From assembly GCA_951804945.1 (NCBI GenBank), contig OX638152.1, forward strand, positions 40,238,001 to 40,302,000: 64,000 nt of DNA, in the 5' to 3' direction. Positions 49,181 through 63,114 of the stretch are shown piece by piece (the first letter of the stretch is position 1; each line of letters starts with the position of its first letter). The position numbers and the translations under genes were made by a program. The notes below the pieces were generated by a model. It had not been told where the DNA came from, ran no database searches, and saw only the letters and a list, made by a program, of their open reading frames with translations. This DNA is from Podarcis cretensis (taxonomy: Eukaryota).

Positions 49181-49884
49181 TGACTCTTCTGCTGAAGAGC
49201 AGAATATAAACCCACAAAGCAAACAAATAAGAAAAGTATCAAATCAATCAAAGGAAGGTTTTTGTAGTATTGGCAGATTAATTGCCAAGCTCTTCCCCTT
49301 GAAGTTGGCGTACTGACTGCCATCATCGCCATTGGGCCCCTGGACAACCAAGTGCTGTTCCTCAGCTGTATATTCTAGCTTTAAGGACCTATTGAAATAA
49401 ATTAAGAAATGGCTCTTAAATGGCTCTTAAATATGGTGCTGATCGCTGCCTTAAAAATACCTTAGATAGCTATTATTCAAACAAGCATCAATCAGTCCTA
49501 CACTCTTACGTTGCTGCTCATTTTGCAGTGACAAATTGGATCGTGAAGCAATGAAAATCTACATGCTGCTATATCAAACCTGACTCTTCAATAACACAGA
49601 TGTCAAACTGGCTTCTGCAATGTATTCAGCTGGGAAGCAGGCACAGCTAGAAAATGTGGCATTAGCTTAATGCCAGTCATATGGCTTGAGGGCCTGTCCT
49701 GCTTTATCCATACGTAGTCTTCTGACAGGAAGCACCAATGCTAGCTCTGTGTTAGTGCTACCTGTAGTTTCCTTCCAGTACCAAATAGCAGTTCTGTAAA
49801 AAAGAGATTTTTTTTAAAAAAAGATTTTTATTGGGAATTCAATGCAGGAGGTGGACATACTTTTCTGAGAAGCTGCCAGAGGGA

Positions 49885-50827
49885 GGTTGTTGTTGTTGTT
49901 CAGTCATTTAGTCATGTCCGACTCTTCATGACCCCATGGACCAGAGCACACCAGGCACTCCTGTTTTCCACTACCTCCCACAGTTTGTTCAAACTCAGGT
50001 TGGAAGCTTCGAGAACACTGTCCAACCATCTCATCCTCTGTCATCCCCTTCTCCATCTTTCCTAACATCAGGGTCTTTTCCAGGTAGTCTTCTCTTCTCA
50101 TGAGGTGGCCAAAGTATTGGAGCCTCAGCTTCAGGATCTGTCCTTCCAGTGAGCACTCAGGGCTGATTTCCTTAAGAATGGATAGTTTTGATCTTCTTGC
50201 AGTCCATGGGACTCTCAAGAGTCTCCTCCAGCACCATAATTCAAAAGCATCAATTCTTTGGCGATCAGCCTTCTTTATAGTCCAGCTCTCACTTCCATAC
50301 ATCACTACTGGGAAAACTATAGCTTTAACAAAACGGACCTTCGTCAGCAAGGTGATGTCTCTGCTTTTTAAGATACTGTCTAGGTTTGTCATTGCTTTTC
50401 TCCCAAGAAGCAGGTGTCTTTTAATTTTGTGACTGCTGTCACCATCTGCAGTGATCATGGAGCCCAAGAAAGTAAAATCTCTCACTGCCTCCATTTCTTC
50501 CTCTTCTATTTGCCAGGAGGTGATGGGACCAGTGGCTATGATCTTAGTTTTTTTGTTGTTGAGCTTCAGACCATATTTTGCGCTCTCCTCTTTCACCCTC
50601 ATTAAAAGGTTCTTTAATTCCTCTTCACTTTCTGCCATCTAGGTTGTGTCATCTGCATATCTGAGGTTGTTGATATTTCTTCCGCCAATCTTAATTCTGG
50701 TTTGGGATTCATCCAGTCCAGCCTTTTGCATGATGAATTCTGTATATAAGTTAAATAAGCAGGGAGACAATATACAGCCTTGTCGTACTCCTTTCCCAAT
50801 TTTGAACCAATCAGTTATTCCATATCC
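49885..50827 (-). mobile_element. Bov-B (RTE clade) LINE, 5'-truncated, with disrupted reverse transcriptase ORF
   Basis: GVRQGCILSPCLFNLY...NLRYADDTT then an in-frame stop (50639-50641) then MAESEEELK...FELWCWRRLLRVPWTARRS...YFGHLMRR; (CAA)n tail. Confidence 0.97.
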
Positions 50828-52810
50828 AAGGCACATAACAAGGGTGCCTGCAGACACATTGGTAGAGGCAGTGTCTAGCAGCTCATTTTATAGGGCAGTA
50901 GGGATTTCAAGTCCCACAAATAGGAAGAGAGGAATATGGCCCCATTTGCAGGCCTAGCAAATCATCATCTTGTCAGAGGGGGAAAAAGGCACTCCCTAGA
51001 CTCAAGCACACACAGCAGATACCACAGAAGGAACAGAGAGAAGGGCATTGGCAGATAATCTTGGACGACAGGTAGTTTGATATGGAAGTAGATGCTGCTT
51101 TAGGTATTGTACTTACTTACTTACTTAATTAATTTGATTTATATCATGCACATTCCCCCAAAGGAGTCCAGGATGGCAAACATGTCATTACTGAAACAAC
51201 ACATGTTTTTTAAAAGGTAATACTTATTCCATGAGAGATCCAATTATCGTTGCATTATGGATAACTCTTTTGTAAAATATTTGAAATATATGTTCCACAA
51301 CATGAATGTGGCCTGGAGTTGTGGTATGGTGTTATGCAAGGGGAACCTGTTGTCTGCCAGATGTTGTTGGATTCTAGCTCCTGACTGCCCGAGCCAGCAT
51401 GGCTAAGGGTCAAGAATAATGGGACTTGGAGCCTAACAAGGTCTGGGACAAAGATTCCTCATTGCTGGTGGAAGGTAATGCAGTGTTACATGGAATAATA
51501 TTAAACAAGAAAAGAGCAGCAGAGTACAGCTGCATTTATATGTGTCTCATGGAATTTTTGTTATTGTTGTCATTGCCCAGCAGCTGTGGTTTCACATCAC
51601 AGTACACTTTAGGATGAAAATATCCTGAAGGTAGACAGCCAAAAAAGAGTTCGGGATAAGCCACTCATTATCATAAATGCAATTGTAACCTTAAGAGAAA
51701 AATCTTTGAAAAATGCCATAAAACTACAGTGGGGACATGAACACAGCAGGATCTGTAACTCAGGTGCTGTTTTCTTTTCTTTGTTCTGAATTTGCAAGGA
51801 AAACACTGCTTTATTTCAACTTTGTTCTTTCCCTGAATAATTTATTGGGTGAGCTGATAAGAAGAACTCACTGGATATGAAAACAGTAATAATAGATGTT
51901 TCACCTGAAGCTTTGAGTTGAGGTGTAGGGGCATTTGAATGTACAAGAGGTGGTTCTGAGATCACGGCTGCTGGACTCTCTCCCATAATTTCTCAACAGA
52001 GCTTATGTACCTATAAAGCACAAAACTGGATACTCTACAAATTACACACATTCAGTCAATAAATAACTAGGGGTGGGTGGACCCATGAACATCTGGTCCA
52101 TACCAGTTCTAAGAGGTTTAGTCCTGTCTAGCTTCCTAGTTGCTTTTTAATTGAAAATCATTAAAAATCCACCAAAAAAACACACTTAAAAATACTTACA
52201 AGGCGATTCAAGGATTATGTGCTGCCTCCACCCCCCCTGACCTTATAAAACAGGGCATGTAAACATCGAGGGCAGCAATGGTTTGTACCATACAATTCGC
52301 ACTAAGAGTGATGAAATGCCATGATATCCTGGCACATCCAGGCAACCTGCTGTATGTGCATTCAAACCATGCATCAGCAAGGCATCCCCCACATGAGCTT
52401 CTCAGGCAGTGGACAGCTGGACACATTGCCCTAGAAATTTAAAGGAAAAATGAGGGGAGAGCAAGGATGGAGGCAATTCACGACACTGACCACCTCATTC
52501 ATAAATATGCCAGACTGCAATTTCTGAAGTGGATCATTGATCTGATCTGGGCCATGTTGTACCTAGACTGGATCAGGTGCATCTGCTTTGAAATCTGGGT
52601 AGGGTGGAGCCCCCCGCCCCGCTCCCATCCCTACATACAACTGAACAAGTCTTGAGAATCAATTCACTAACCTGCCATGCTGAATATGTGGCTTGAGTAG
52701 ATTGGTGGTGTTTGAAGCACAGTGGAATAATCCACTTCAGCCTGTATCAAATGTCCTACTCTGCCCATGATTACAATGCCAAGACACCAATGCTCCCCTG
52801 TACATTAATA

Positions 52811-53062
52811 CAGTGGTACCTTGGTTTAAGAACAGTTTAGTTTATGAACAACTTGTATTAAGAACGCTGCAAACCCCGAAGTAGGTAATTTGGTTTGTGA
52901 ACTTTTCCATGGAATAAGAACATGTTTCACTTCCTGTTGAGTGTGTTCCATTTGTAAATTGAGTCCCCTGCTGCTATGGGAAAGCACGCCTTGGTTTAAG
53001 AATGCTTTGGTTTAAGAATGGACTTCCGGAACAGATTAAGTTCGTAAACCAAGGTATCACTG
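52811..53062. mobile_element. Tigger/pogo-like MITE
   Basis: TA|CAGTGGTACCTTGGTTTA...TAAACCAAGGTATCACTG|TA. Confidence 0.9.
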
Positions 53063-55003
53063 TATATCCTAAGGGCACTTTGAGGAAAGTGGAGGAGGAA
53101 CAGGGAAGAGATGGGCCTTTATAGGGACACACTGTGCCAAAAAACTACATGCCAACTACATATAATGTTATATACATGGTTTAATGTTCTGTGAGTCTTG
53201 TTTTTATTTGTGGATCAGTCAGGACTGGGAATACAACACACATGGAGGAGAGTTTTGGGGTTGTTGTGATTGTTAGTGTTCTACCACTTCCTCTGATACT
53301 GGACTCTCCACATGGAAGAGATGTCACTACTGGTGGCAATGGGAATTTCCTTCTTGTACCAAATAGCAGTTCTGTGTGAAGGAGGATTCCCTTTGGGACA
53401 CCAGCATAGGAGGAAAAGGTTAAACCCCTCCCCATGCACCACAGTGCTGATCCTGACTAGGTTCATCAGCAGCTGCTATTTAAAGTATTAAAAAAATTAC
53501 TACATATTAAATCACTTGTTTAACATCACATGTAGTTTGACCCTCAGAATGAGAAGCTGAAGACAGCATTTTCTCTAGAATGAGACAGAGCCCAGTTTTC
53601 TGCAAGACTCCAAGGTATCATCATGACTAACACAGAGCATCCATGCATGTCTTTTGGGGATAGTAACTCTAACCCCCCAAATTAAAGTGCTTCTCTGAAA
53701 GCTTGAGATAAAATTAATCGTGTAGTTTAAACACATCAGTTTTTCATATAAAAGGGACATTGTGGATGTGCGTAAGGGAGAACATCAGTAGATAAATAGC
53801 GTTGTCTTTTGTTTTGAAGGTAGAACAGTTCACATCATATCAGAAAGCTTTATAATGAATATAAATTAGAAGCAAACTCTGTTTGCATGAGGCACATTTG
53901 TCTTCAAATAATCTGGTTATTTCTGGTTAGCTAATCAAATGGTATGATATTTTGAATATCTGCACGGTTCTAAATTAGAGGATTCTAAATGAGTTCTGTC
54001 AGATTTTGCAAGATTAATAATTTTCAGAATTAACCATGTGTCTGTGACATTATGCAGCTTTTAATTATCATCTCATTCCATGTGTGATGAACTGAAATAT
54101 ATGATTCTACAGAAGATTGTACTATGAGATGATTATGTGAAGGAATTAGATTCTATTTTCTCACTCAGGCTTAAAGTGACCACTTCTAAAATGAAAGGAA
54201 GTGCTTAAGAGAATGCTATCAGTGGTTTTTGTTTTTTAAAGAGATGTTCTTATGTCTTGGAGAAGTCCAGGACTTCTGTTGAGGCCCATGGCTTATAGCA
54301 GTTAAGCAGCATGAAAAACAGTATTGCTTGAGTGGATACTTCAACACGTGGGAGCCAGGATGAAAGGGATAACAGATGTTAGGAAGATAAGTGGTCAAGA
54401 AACTAAGCTAAGGCCAGTTCCAAGAGAGGGCTCTGAGCAGGCAAGAATGACAGTGTCACTGAAACAAAGAAGCAGGGGAAGTTTTAGGAAACTTATTGAG
54501 AAAGGCAGAAAGAAGCAGGAAGGGGGTAAGAGGCTGCATCTGAGTTGAAGACAGGATGTGCTTTGTGACATCAGAAGAGCCCTGCTTGATCAGACCAGAC
54601 GTCTACCCATTGCAGAATGCTATTTCCTACAGGGGTCAACCTGTGTCATTGTGAATCCATAAGCAGAACATGAATGCAATAGTACTCTCCTGTCCATGGT
54701 CCCCAGCAACTGGTATTCAGAAACAGAGTGCTTCTCACACTGGAGATAATCTGTCCATCATGATAGTAGTCACTGATACTCTTACCCTGTATGAATTTGT
54801 CTAATCCTCTTTTAAAGCAGTCAAAATTGGTTGCCATCACTACATCTTGTAGTAGCAAATTCCATAGTTTGTTTGTGTTCTCTGTGAAGCAGTACTTCCT
54901 TTTGTCTGTCCCGAATCTCCAAATATTCAGCTTCATCAGTTTACTCTCTATTATTAGAAAGGAATAAAAGCATCTCACTCCGCCCATTTCTTCCATACAG
55001 TGC

Positions 55004-55008
<5 letters not shown>

Positions 55009-55048
<40 letters not shown>

Positions 55049-55075
55049 TCTTTAATACGGTCAATGACCAGAAAG
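55009..55075 (-). mobile_element. Extremely 5'-truncated non-LTR retroelement (28 nt plus (ATT)n tail)
   Basis: Flanked by perfect 15-bp direct repeat CATACAGTGCATAAT (54994-55008, 55076-55090). Confidence 0.8.
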
Positions 55076-55233
55076 CATACAGTGCATAATAGTAGGCACC
55101 TTTATCACGTCCTCCCAGTTACATTTTCTTTAAATTCAAAAGTCTGAGAGCTTTGTAGTATTTACTTTTAGGGAAGATATTACATTCTCCTAATCATTGT
55201 GGTTGCCCTTTTCTGCACTTATTTCAGCTGTAG

Positions 55234-55235
<2 letters not shown>

Positions 55236-55282
<47 letters not shown>
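55236..55282. repeat. (CT)n microsatellite
   Basis: Direct reading. Confidence 0.95.
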
Positions 55283-55285
<3 letters not shown>

Positions 55286-55936
55286 AACTGCAACTGTGCC
55301 TAATATTCTAAGTGCAGCTATGCCATAGATTTGTATAATGGCACAATGACACTGGCAGTTTTATTTTTGACCCTTGTCCTAATAATTCCAAGGATTTTCC
55401 ATTTTCACTGTTTCACACACTGGGTTACTCTATTCATTAGGCTACTCCAACCCCAATATCTTTTATGATTAGTTACTGCCAGTTCAGACCACATCAGTCC
55501 CAATGTAATCCTGATTGATCCATCAATATTCCTTTTTTGGCACCATGCTGTGATTTAATTCTACAAAATCTCTAGTTAAACTCAAAGGCAGGCAGAGTGA
55601 AACCATGGAAAAATAACCCAATATAAAATAAAAAATCTATTTATCCAAGTCAATGTTGTTCAGCCAGTAAAGCATGGCCCATGGTCTTCTCTTTTAACCC
55701 CAAAATGCCTACTTATGTAGGAGTAAGAAAACAGTGGCACTTCTGAGCAGACATTTATAAAATTGTACAGCTAAGAACTAAATCAGACAAAGAGAAACCC
55801 CATTACAGATTATTTAATATTTAGCTGCTCCTTGATATTAAAAAATAATTAAAAATCTGTGCACAAACAAAACTAGATTTTCATGGAAAGCAATTGCCTA
55901 GAACTTTATCTCTGATATATTAGTTTTATAAGGGGG

Positions 55937-55939
<3 letters not shown>

Positions 55940-55972
<33 letters not shown>
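55940..55972. repeat. (GT)n microsatellite
   Basis: Direct reading. Confidence 0.95.
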
Positions 55973-55974
<2 letters not shown>

Positions 55975-56465
55975 CCAAATATTCAATTACTCACTTCCAG
56001 CAACAAATGTATTACATGGGGTTTCTGTTTATGTGTTTGAGCTGAATGACTCCAACCTTAAAAATTACAAGAAAATGAATAAGATAGAAAATGCCTGGCT
56101 TGCTTGTTAATAGAATAAAGCAACAATTTTCACTCCAAATATTATTTTGTTATCAAATTTCAGGAACAGGGTGATATGAATAAACAGGAAGTAAGCTGTT
56201 CTAGTAAGTAGCCTTAGACTGACAGTAAGAACAAGCAGTTAGTTAACCAGACTGAGTCCAGTATGAAATGCAGTCCCTAAAGGATCAAGAGAGTGGATGG
56301 TATAGGAAATGCATGTGTCAGCATAATGTGAAATCAAGATCCTGGATTGTAAAACACAGCTCTTTCAGGACCCTGGACAGCTCACTTGGAGATGGCTATT
56401 TGTTCCAGTGACATCTGCTAGGAAAATTTCTAGGGTTCCTTCCTTGGAGTAGACAGCAGAAAGTC

Positions 56466-56850
56466 TGTAAGGAAAGAGGAGTCAGGTACACAAGGTAGGC
56501 TCAACAGAGATTTATTAATCATCAGACAGAACTGAATGGTCATCCACAGGGCTATTGCCACAAGCATGTTCTGGCCCTGATACTTGCCTTTAGGCTCTTC
56601 TTATATACTCTTCTTCTATCAGGTAAATGCATGCCCATATCATTTATGCATTATTATTGGCTAAAGCAATGTGTGAACAACTTATGGACCTTCCAATTGG
56701 GCCTTCCAATTGGGCACACCATATTTGGAGTTGTTTTCCTCTTAGAAACTCCCAGTATCAGCCTTAATCATTCCTTTTCAGCAGATTTTGGCTTGCATAT
56801 TCTGTTACCTTTCCAATTCTCCTTGTTTGTGCTAACTCCTTATCGTTACA
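56466..56850 (-). mobile_element. Possible solo LTR (boundaries uncertain)
   Basis: TGTAAGGA...TCGTTACA inverted ends; minus-strand CCAAT, TATATAA and AATAAA in LTR order; no TSD. Confidence 0.45.
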
Positions 56851-57002
56851 TTTCAATATGTTTTCCTCCTCTTATCTGGCCAGCTATCAATCTACTGTTA
56901 AAGAACATAGTTTCTGAGGGCAAGGTTCTTGCTGCTTACGGACACTGCTTTGGACAAGCAGTTCTGACTCTTAGCATTAGGCTGCAATTTTGATTTTAAC
57001 TA

Positions 57003-57691
57003 CAGTGGTACCTTTGTTCTCAAACTTAATCCATTCCAGAAGTCTGTTCCAAAACCAAAGCGTTCCAAAACCAAGGCGTGCTTTCTCATAGAAAGTAATG
57101 CAAAACGGATTAATCCGTTCCAGACTTTTAAAAACAACCCCTAAAACAGCAATTTAACATGAATTTTACTATCTAATGAGACCACCGAACCATAAAATGA
57201 AAGCCATAATCAATGTACTGTACTATAAAATAAATAAAACAGTATTGTAGATGACAAAAATTAAAAAAAAAATATTACCTGCACCATTGATAGTCGTTGT
57301 TTGGATGGGGGGGGGGCTTTTATCCATTTCCGCAGTCACACAGTCAATTAATCAATCAATCAATCAATAGCTGAACTGGGATCCACAGTCACAAAAACAA
57401 ATCAACTGAAAAAGCCTCAAAACAAAAAATGCAAAATAAATAGCAAAAACAAAAGCACCAAATATAGGCTCCAAATATCACCTCAGAACACTGCAATCGG
57501 AAACAGAAGGCTTGAATTACAATGGGGGGGGGCACAAATTAGCAATGCAACAGGAAACACAGGGGGACTCAAAATGGAGCATGTTCAGTTTCTGAAAAAA
57601 GTTCAGAAACTGGAACACCTACTTCCGGTTTTGCAGTGTTCAGGTTCCAAGTTGTTCGTGAACTAATTGTTCGAAAACTGAGGTACCACTG
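57003..57691. mobile_element. Tigger/pogo-like non-autonomous element, 689 bp
   Basis: TA|CAGTGGTACCT...AGGTACCACTG|TA. Confidence 0.9.
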
Positions 57692-57724
57692 TACTTCTCT
57701 ATATGTATCCATAACAATATACAC

Positions 57725-57755
<31 letters not shown>

Positions 57756-60700
57756 AATACACATATTTCTAACATATCTTACCTCCCACTGAGTGAACAA
57801 CAAAGTTGCTTGATGCTGGTGTGGGTAATGGTTAATGGCTGCCATCTGTTAGAAAAATTTCCTTTGGGATTGCCCTCTGGGTGAAACAAAGCTTTTGTGC
57901 TATGCTCAAAGATAATTTTTTATGTTAAAGAATGGTGGTGTACAAGAAATCTAGTTTAAGTACTCTGGTGATAAAGGCTAGAGAGAAGCTGATAACCTGT
58001 ACCAAGGGTGCCATGAAGGCAAACATAATAATGCTATCAGCTATCTGTATAGCCTTTTGTTTACAGAGCTGGCAAGGACCCAGAAAATGAGTCATGGAAC
58101 CTACTGGGGATACACAGATAATGTTGATTGTAACACTGGGATTTATTAATATGCATGATACACACACAGGTGTTTTTGTTTTTTTACACATGCAGCCACC
58201 TTTCCTGCAAATAATTATAATCATGCACTCTCTCTTCCTCCTCCTCCACCCACCTTCACTTTCTGAGTTTTCTTCCTAGACCATAGGTTGTTCTTCCATC
58301 TCCATTCCACAAACACAGATAAAAATAGGAAGGATGGAGCCCTGAGCATGGTGACAAGTGTCTCCTTGTTTAATCTAACCACTCATTTCAGCCAGTCTAC
58401 ATTCATTTCTATTTACCCCTTAGCAAATGGAAGTACAAAGATTACAGCGAGATTTTTTAAACAACAAGTCCAAGGCAAATCTCTTGTTTTCCCAGTGTTT
58501 CAGAACAACACACATTTTCAGGTTTATCCATTTTTGAATGATTCTTCACAGGTTCTGATGTAGGTATGGCTAGTTCAGATTTGCCTTGTTTTGGTTTTCA
58601 ATGCAGAAAACAAACTCATTAGCCACAACCGTGTCAGAGGAAGCACATTTTCATTATTTTTAATTACATGTGAAAGGCTGGCTTACATATGCAGAATGCC
58701 AAGTTTCTTATTGACTAATGGCAGTAAAATGGCTAGTGGCAGGAAGATGGCTATATCCCCAAAGAATCAATTACAAATACATAGAAATAAAAAATCCATC
58801 TTATTATTATGTAGATGTTAAGGTAAATTTGCCATGTGTCATTCTTATTCTCAGATTATTTCAGAGCAGTTGCTTCCATTGCAAGATAACTACAGTGCTG
58901 GGTTTTTGCTTTTTAATGCACAAGTTAATTTGTGAGCAATCTGTGAAGCTGTGTAGGAGGTTTGATGCACATGTCTTTCTTGAAAGGAATGGAGAGCAGC
59001 AACACTTGGTGGTTGTTTCTGGCACATCTTTCAGAAGAAACATGTGCATTGTTAAATGAAAATAAGGGAACAAATCTCTGTTCCAATTGGACATACTGAG
59101 AAACTGAAATGAGATGTGTGCCCCTGCAGCTAAGCAGAAAGTTGTGTAGCTGTTCTCACATGATGGTGCACAGCACACTCCTTTTCTAGCACATATCATC
59201 AATAGCTGTGTCCCAAAAAGAAATGTGCAAAACAGTCCTTAATGTACTGTAGTGTGCCTCTGGCAGGTGTTTCCTTAAATGTTTGGACCCTTAAGAAATC
59301 AGCATTGCTAAAGGATCCTTTAATTATTCCACTTTTCTCTCCCTCTTATACCGTTGTGATGTTATGAAATAGGAAAGATGAAATCCTTGACAAGTTCTCA
59401 CCCATCAAGGTTAATTTCTAAGTTGTGTGTATATGTTTACAACCTCTTAAGGGAGCCTCTAGCTGCTTTGCATGCTCCTTACTTATCTCTGGAGCTGAAG
59501 AAACACTGCTTAAAAGGATTAATTTGGCAGGCACTCCAGAGACTTTGCAAGGTAAACAACTGTTTCTTTTTTGTCAATATGGCAATTAAGAATGGTAAGA
59601 TTATAGAAAAGAGAGTAAATGCAGCTTTGGCTCCTACAGTAGACTGATGGCTTAGTGATACTCTTTATGTTTGATTCAATACTTTAATGGATCTCAGGAA
59701 CTGCATCCAGGTCAGATAACAAACAACAAGGGTCCAAACCTTTCCTAATATCAAAGAGGGAAGTTCATTATTATTGCAGGAAACTTAATGCTTCTTTGAG
59801 GAAAGTCTTCCTATCCATGACAAAACTTGGAAATGGTGCTTCATTCAGGAACATCTCTGAGATGAGGTTCAGGTTGCACAAGCCTTCCTACATCCTATCA
59901 TGGAACAAAGGAAGCTCCCTTATACCAGATCAGACTATTTACCTATCTAGTCCGGTGGTTCCCAAAGTGTGGGGCACCATCCCCTGGGATTACCTAGGAG
60001 AGATTACCTAGGAGGGCAGTAAGAGGCAAGGAGACAGTAGAGGGTACTGGAGGTGATGAATCACGGTAAGTCTCCTGCTATGTGGCTTTAAACCAGATAT
60101 TGGGAAACTTCATCAGGCCCATCCATCATATATTGGTAGAATACTTTGTGACAGAATGCATGTGTTTCACGCAGGTCTCTGGTTAAGTCCTCAGCAACCC
60201 CACAGATACTATACTGTATACACAGCATGTGTTCTATCATTCAGGTACATTAATGGTGGAAACAGACCTGGGTAATAGCCAGTTGGGAAATCAGGCATTC
60301 ACTTCATAGTATACAATATCTTCAGTGGGGAAGCATCACTAACACAAGAGCCACTTACTCAGGTGTGTAAACCAAATCGAGAATAAGTGGAAGAAAGGAG
60401 AAGCTGTTGCAAACAAAGACATCATAACAGAGTATAATAGTTTTTATTTTTTCCTCAATAAAGTACAGTAGAAAGAGCATTTTCTTTATGCATGACACAA
60501 ATATGAAAGTTTTGAAGAACAGCAAGTCATTTGCTTGGCCAACCCATTCATGATGCTTTTCAATTAGACCCCCCACCAAATTAAGTAGGGAGCTGCAGAG
60601 AAAGCAGAAAGACTCATGGAACCTGCGCAAAACCCCCATCCTCAATCTCTCATAATTTTCATGTACTTCAGCTTATGTAGCAATGGCTGCACAGTGTCCT

Positions 60701-61765
60701 GAAATCACAATCCTATAGCAGAGACACAGAAATGTGATGATGTTCTAAGTTCACTTACATTGGAGTGTTCAAAATACTTCATTCTATGCTTTTTGTTTGA
60801 TCAAAGCTCAACGACCATTTCTTCCATCCCCTGGTGCATGTGCATGTGTGTTTCCTGTGGGGAAACCATGTGGATGTGTGTGAAGATGAAACTCATTACA
60901 ACTGAAGCTCTTCAAGACACAGCTAGGAATCACACCATGAAACTGTAGTTCCCAAAATGTGATGCATCATTCGTGTGACTGTCATTTTCCAATAGCTTGA
61001 ACTACATGACAATAAATCAATGCAATGTCCCTCAGGCTAGTTTGTATTTACTTTGTAATGAGTGTCTTCAGAGGATGTAACCTCAAAAGTAAATTCCTAG
61101 AAGGGAAAGAGGGGTATTCCAGTAAAGTTAATATCCTTAACAGAATGGTAACCTTTACATGCACATAATGCATTAAGATATATTTAAATATCAACATAGC
61201 ATTTTTAAAAAATCCAAGCAATGTTCTTTTAACTCATGTTGAAGTATAAGAAAGACCCTGATAGTGTTGGAGATTCTATTCCACCTTTTGTTACAGACAT
61301 GGGATTGTTGTGTGTCACATGCCTGTTTACATTCCAGCACAGATTGTTGGGTCCCATGAGCAGAACTTCCTCTCTGTGTATTGCTTTTTGTTTGGAGTCT
61401 CTTATGTATCCACAGCCTCAAGCCTCTTCTGTTGTGCAGTTTACTATGCTACGTATAGTGTGCTCAAGTCAGCAGGCTTGAGTCGATGATTTACGTGGGA
61501 GCCAGAAGTCGATGAATCCTGCAGCATGAAGGCTGAGAGGGAGACGATCTAGCTGGGGCCGAGCCAGCTGGCCTTTCGATCCCTGGATGCCGACAGATAG
61601 ATCAGACCAAAGGCATATCTAGCTCAGTATGCTCCACACATGGGACCATCCATGCCTCTGGGAAACCCATAAGTGGAACGTGAGGGCAATAGTTCTCTCC
61701 TGTTACCAGAGTTAAGCAAGTTAATGCTTTAGCCCATGATAAACAAGCAATCTCATTCCATCTGT

Positions 61766-61953
61766 CAGGGGTGCCAATTTTAATAAAATATTGGGGGGGG
61801 CAAGTAACCACACACCCCACATAATCAATCACATAGCACCGTGCACACACAACATTTGAATGGCACTGTTCATCAACTTTGGGCCCCCTGGCCCCCTCAA
61901 ATATTTTAATGGAGGGGCAAATCCCCTTCAGCCCCTAGGAGTTGGATCCTATG
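61766..61953. mobile_element. hAT MITE
   Basis: CAGGGGTGCCAA...TTGGATCCTATG; TSD CCATCTGT/CCCTCTGT. Confidence 0.8.
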
Positions 61954-62297
61954 CCCTCTGTTTTAAATGCCCCAACAGCACTCCAGAAAAAGGATGATAT
62001 CCAACCCTACACAAATGAACTTCCACTCATGGGATAGCATTTCTCCCCATTTTCGTCTCTCTGCATTCCTCGGAGACCCTCCAAATCTACTCTGTAGGGT
62101 CCACTGATGTGTGTGCATGCATGTTCTGCTAGATTCTAGCAACTAGAGGATGGTCACCATTGGAGAACCCCCAAAATGTTTTAGTCTTTTTCCTTGATTT
62201 AATATGCAGTCTGCCCTATCCTTGATGACTCACGATAGACAAATGCATTTAGAAGAAAGAGAGAAAAGCTAGCACTAGAAAAAAGAATCAGTAGCTG

Positions 62298-62541
62298 CGA
62301 GCTGGTGTAGCATAGTGGTTAACAGTGTGAGCTGGAAAACAAAGCCCTGATTCAAAGCTTACATCAGCCACTAGCTCGTTAGTTGACCTTAAACAAGACA
62401 CTATTAGGTAGTGTCAACTCTACTTTGGCAACATGTCACTGAAAATGCTGCTTCCAAGGCTGTTGTGAGAATTAACAAAATGATGTGTGTGAAGCACTTT
62501 GAGCATCTTCAGTGTGTGCTCTGTAAACCCTAAATATTATT
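62298..62541 (+). mobile_element. Old CORE/MIR-like tRNA SINE
   Basis: GTAGCATAGTGGTTAA A box; GGCTGTTGTGAGAATTAA...GTGAAGCACTTTG...TATTATT 3' end. Confidence 0.6.
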
Positions 62542-63114
62542 AAGAATGTCAAGAGAAATACATTGTCTCAGAGCCAGTAGGACTCTAGGTAGAAGCAAAA
62601 TTTCCCAAAGCGCAGGATGCTATTTGCTGTGGTTATGGGCAAAACAGCAAACACAAGGTATTACTGGAATTCTGTAGCAGCAAAGAGGGATTATTTCAGA
62701 TGTAGTGGAAGTGTTCCATAGTAAGTAAATTTCTGGAGAATGCTTATAAATCCAGTGACGGTAATATCTATATTTAATAATACAATGCTATGCCGATGGA
62801 CTCAGAAGTAACATAAACTGTGTTCATTGGAGTATATTCCTAGGTAAGTGTTCAAACAATTATAGCCCTAATTGTATATCTAGATCCAATCTACTAATTT
62901 GCACCAGAAAGTGACAGTTAAGAAGAAATCTGCTGCACTGTTTCAAACATGACTAAAGGAAGACTAAAATGTTTGAAATAAAATGTTTTTTAAAAAGAGC
63001 ATAAAAAGGAGATTTTTCAAGGAAAATAGGAGGAAACTGTAGTTATTGCTAAATTAATTTCACATAAGCATGACAGACAAGGAAAACTAATAGTCACTTG
63101 TTATGTTTTATTAC

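Larger units (their letters stand above)
54570..55500 (-). mobile_element. CR1 LINE 3' region (ORF2 end and 3' UTR), interrupted by a small insertion and a (CT)n repeat
   Basis: Minus ORF KLNIWRFGTDKRKYCFTENTNKLWNLLLQDVVMATNFDCFKRGLDKFI is a CR1 ORF2 C-terminus; upstream CAGAAAAGGGCAACC (QKRAT) motif. Confidence 0.85.

Noticed and set aside
49904-50857. 244-aa and 72-aa ORFs as a host gene
   Set aside because: They are Bov-B reverse transcriptase remnants, truncated and separated by an in-frame stop
61507-61550. SECIS-like ATGA...GA stem
   Set aside because: Helix II too short, apical AA misplaced, and no selenoprotein 3' UTR context
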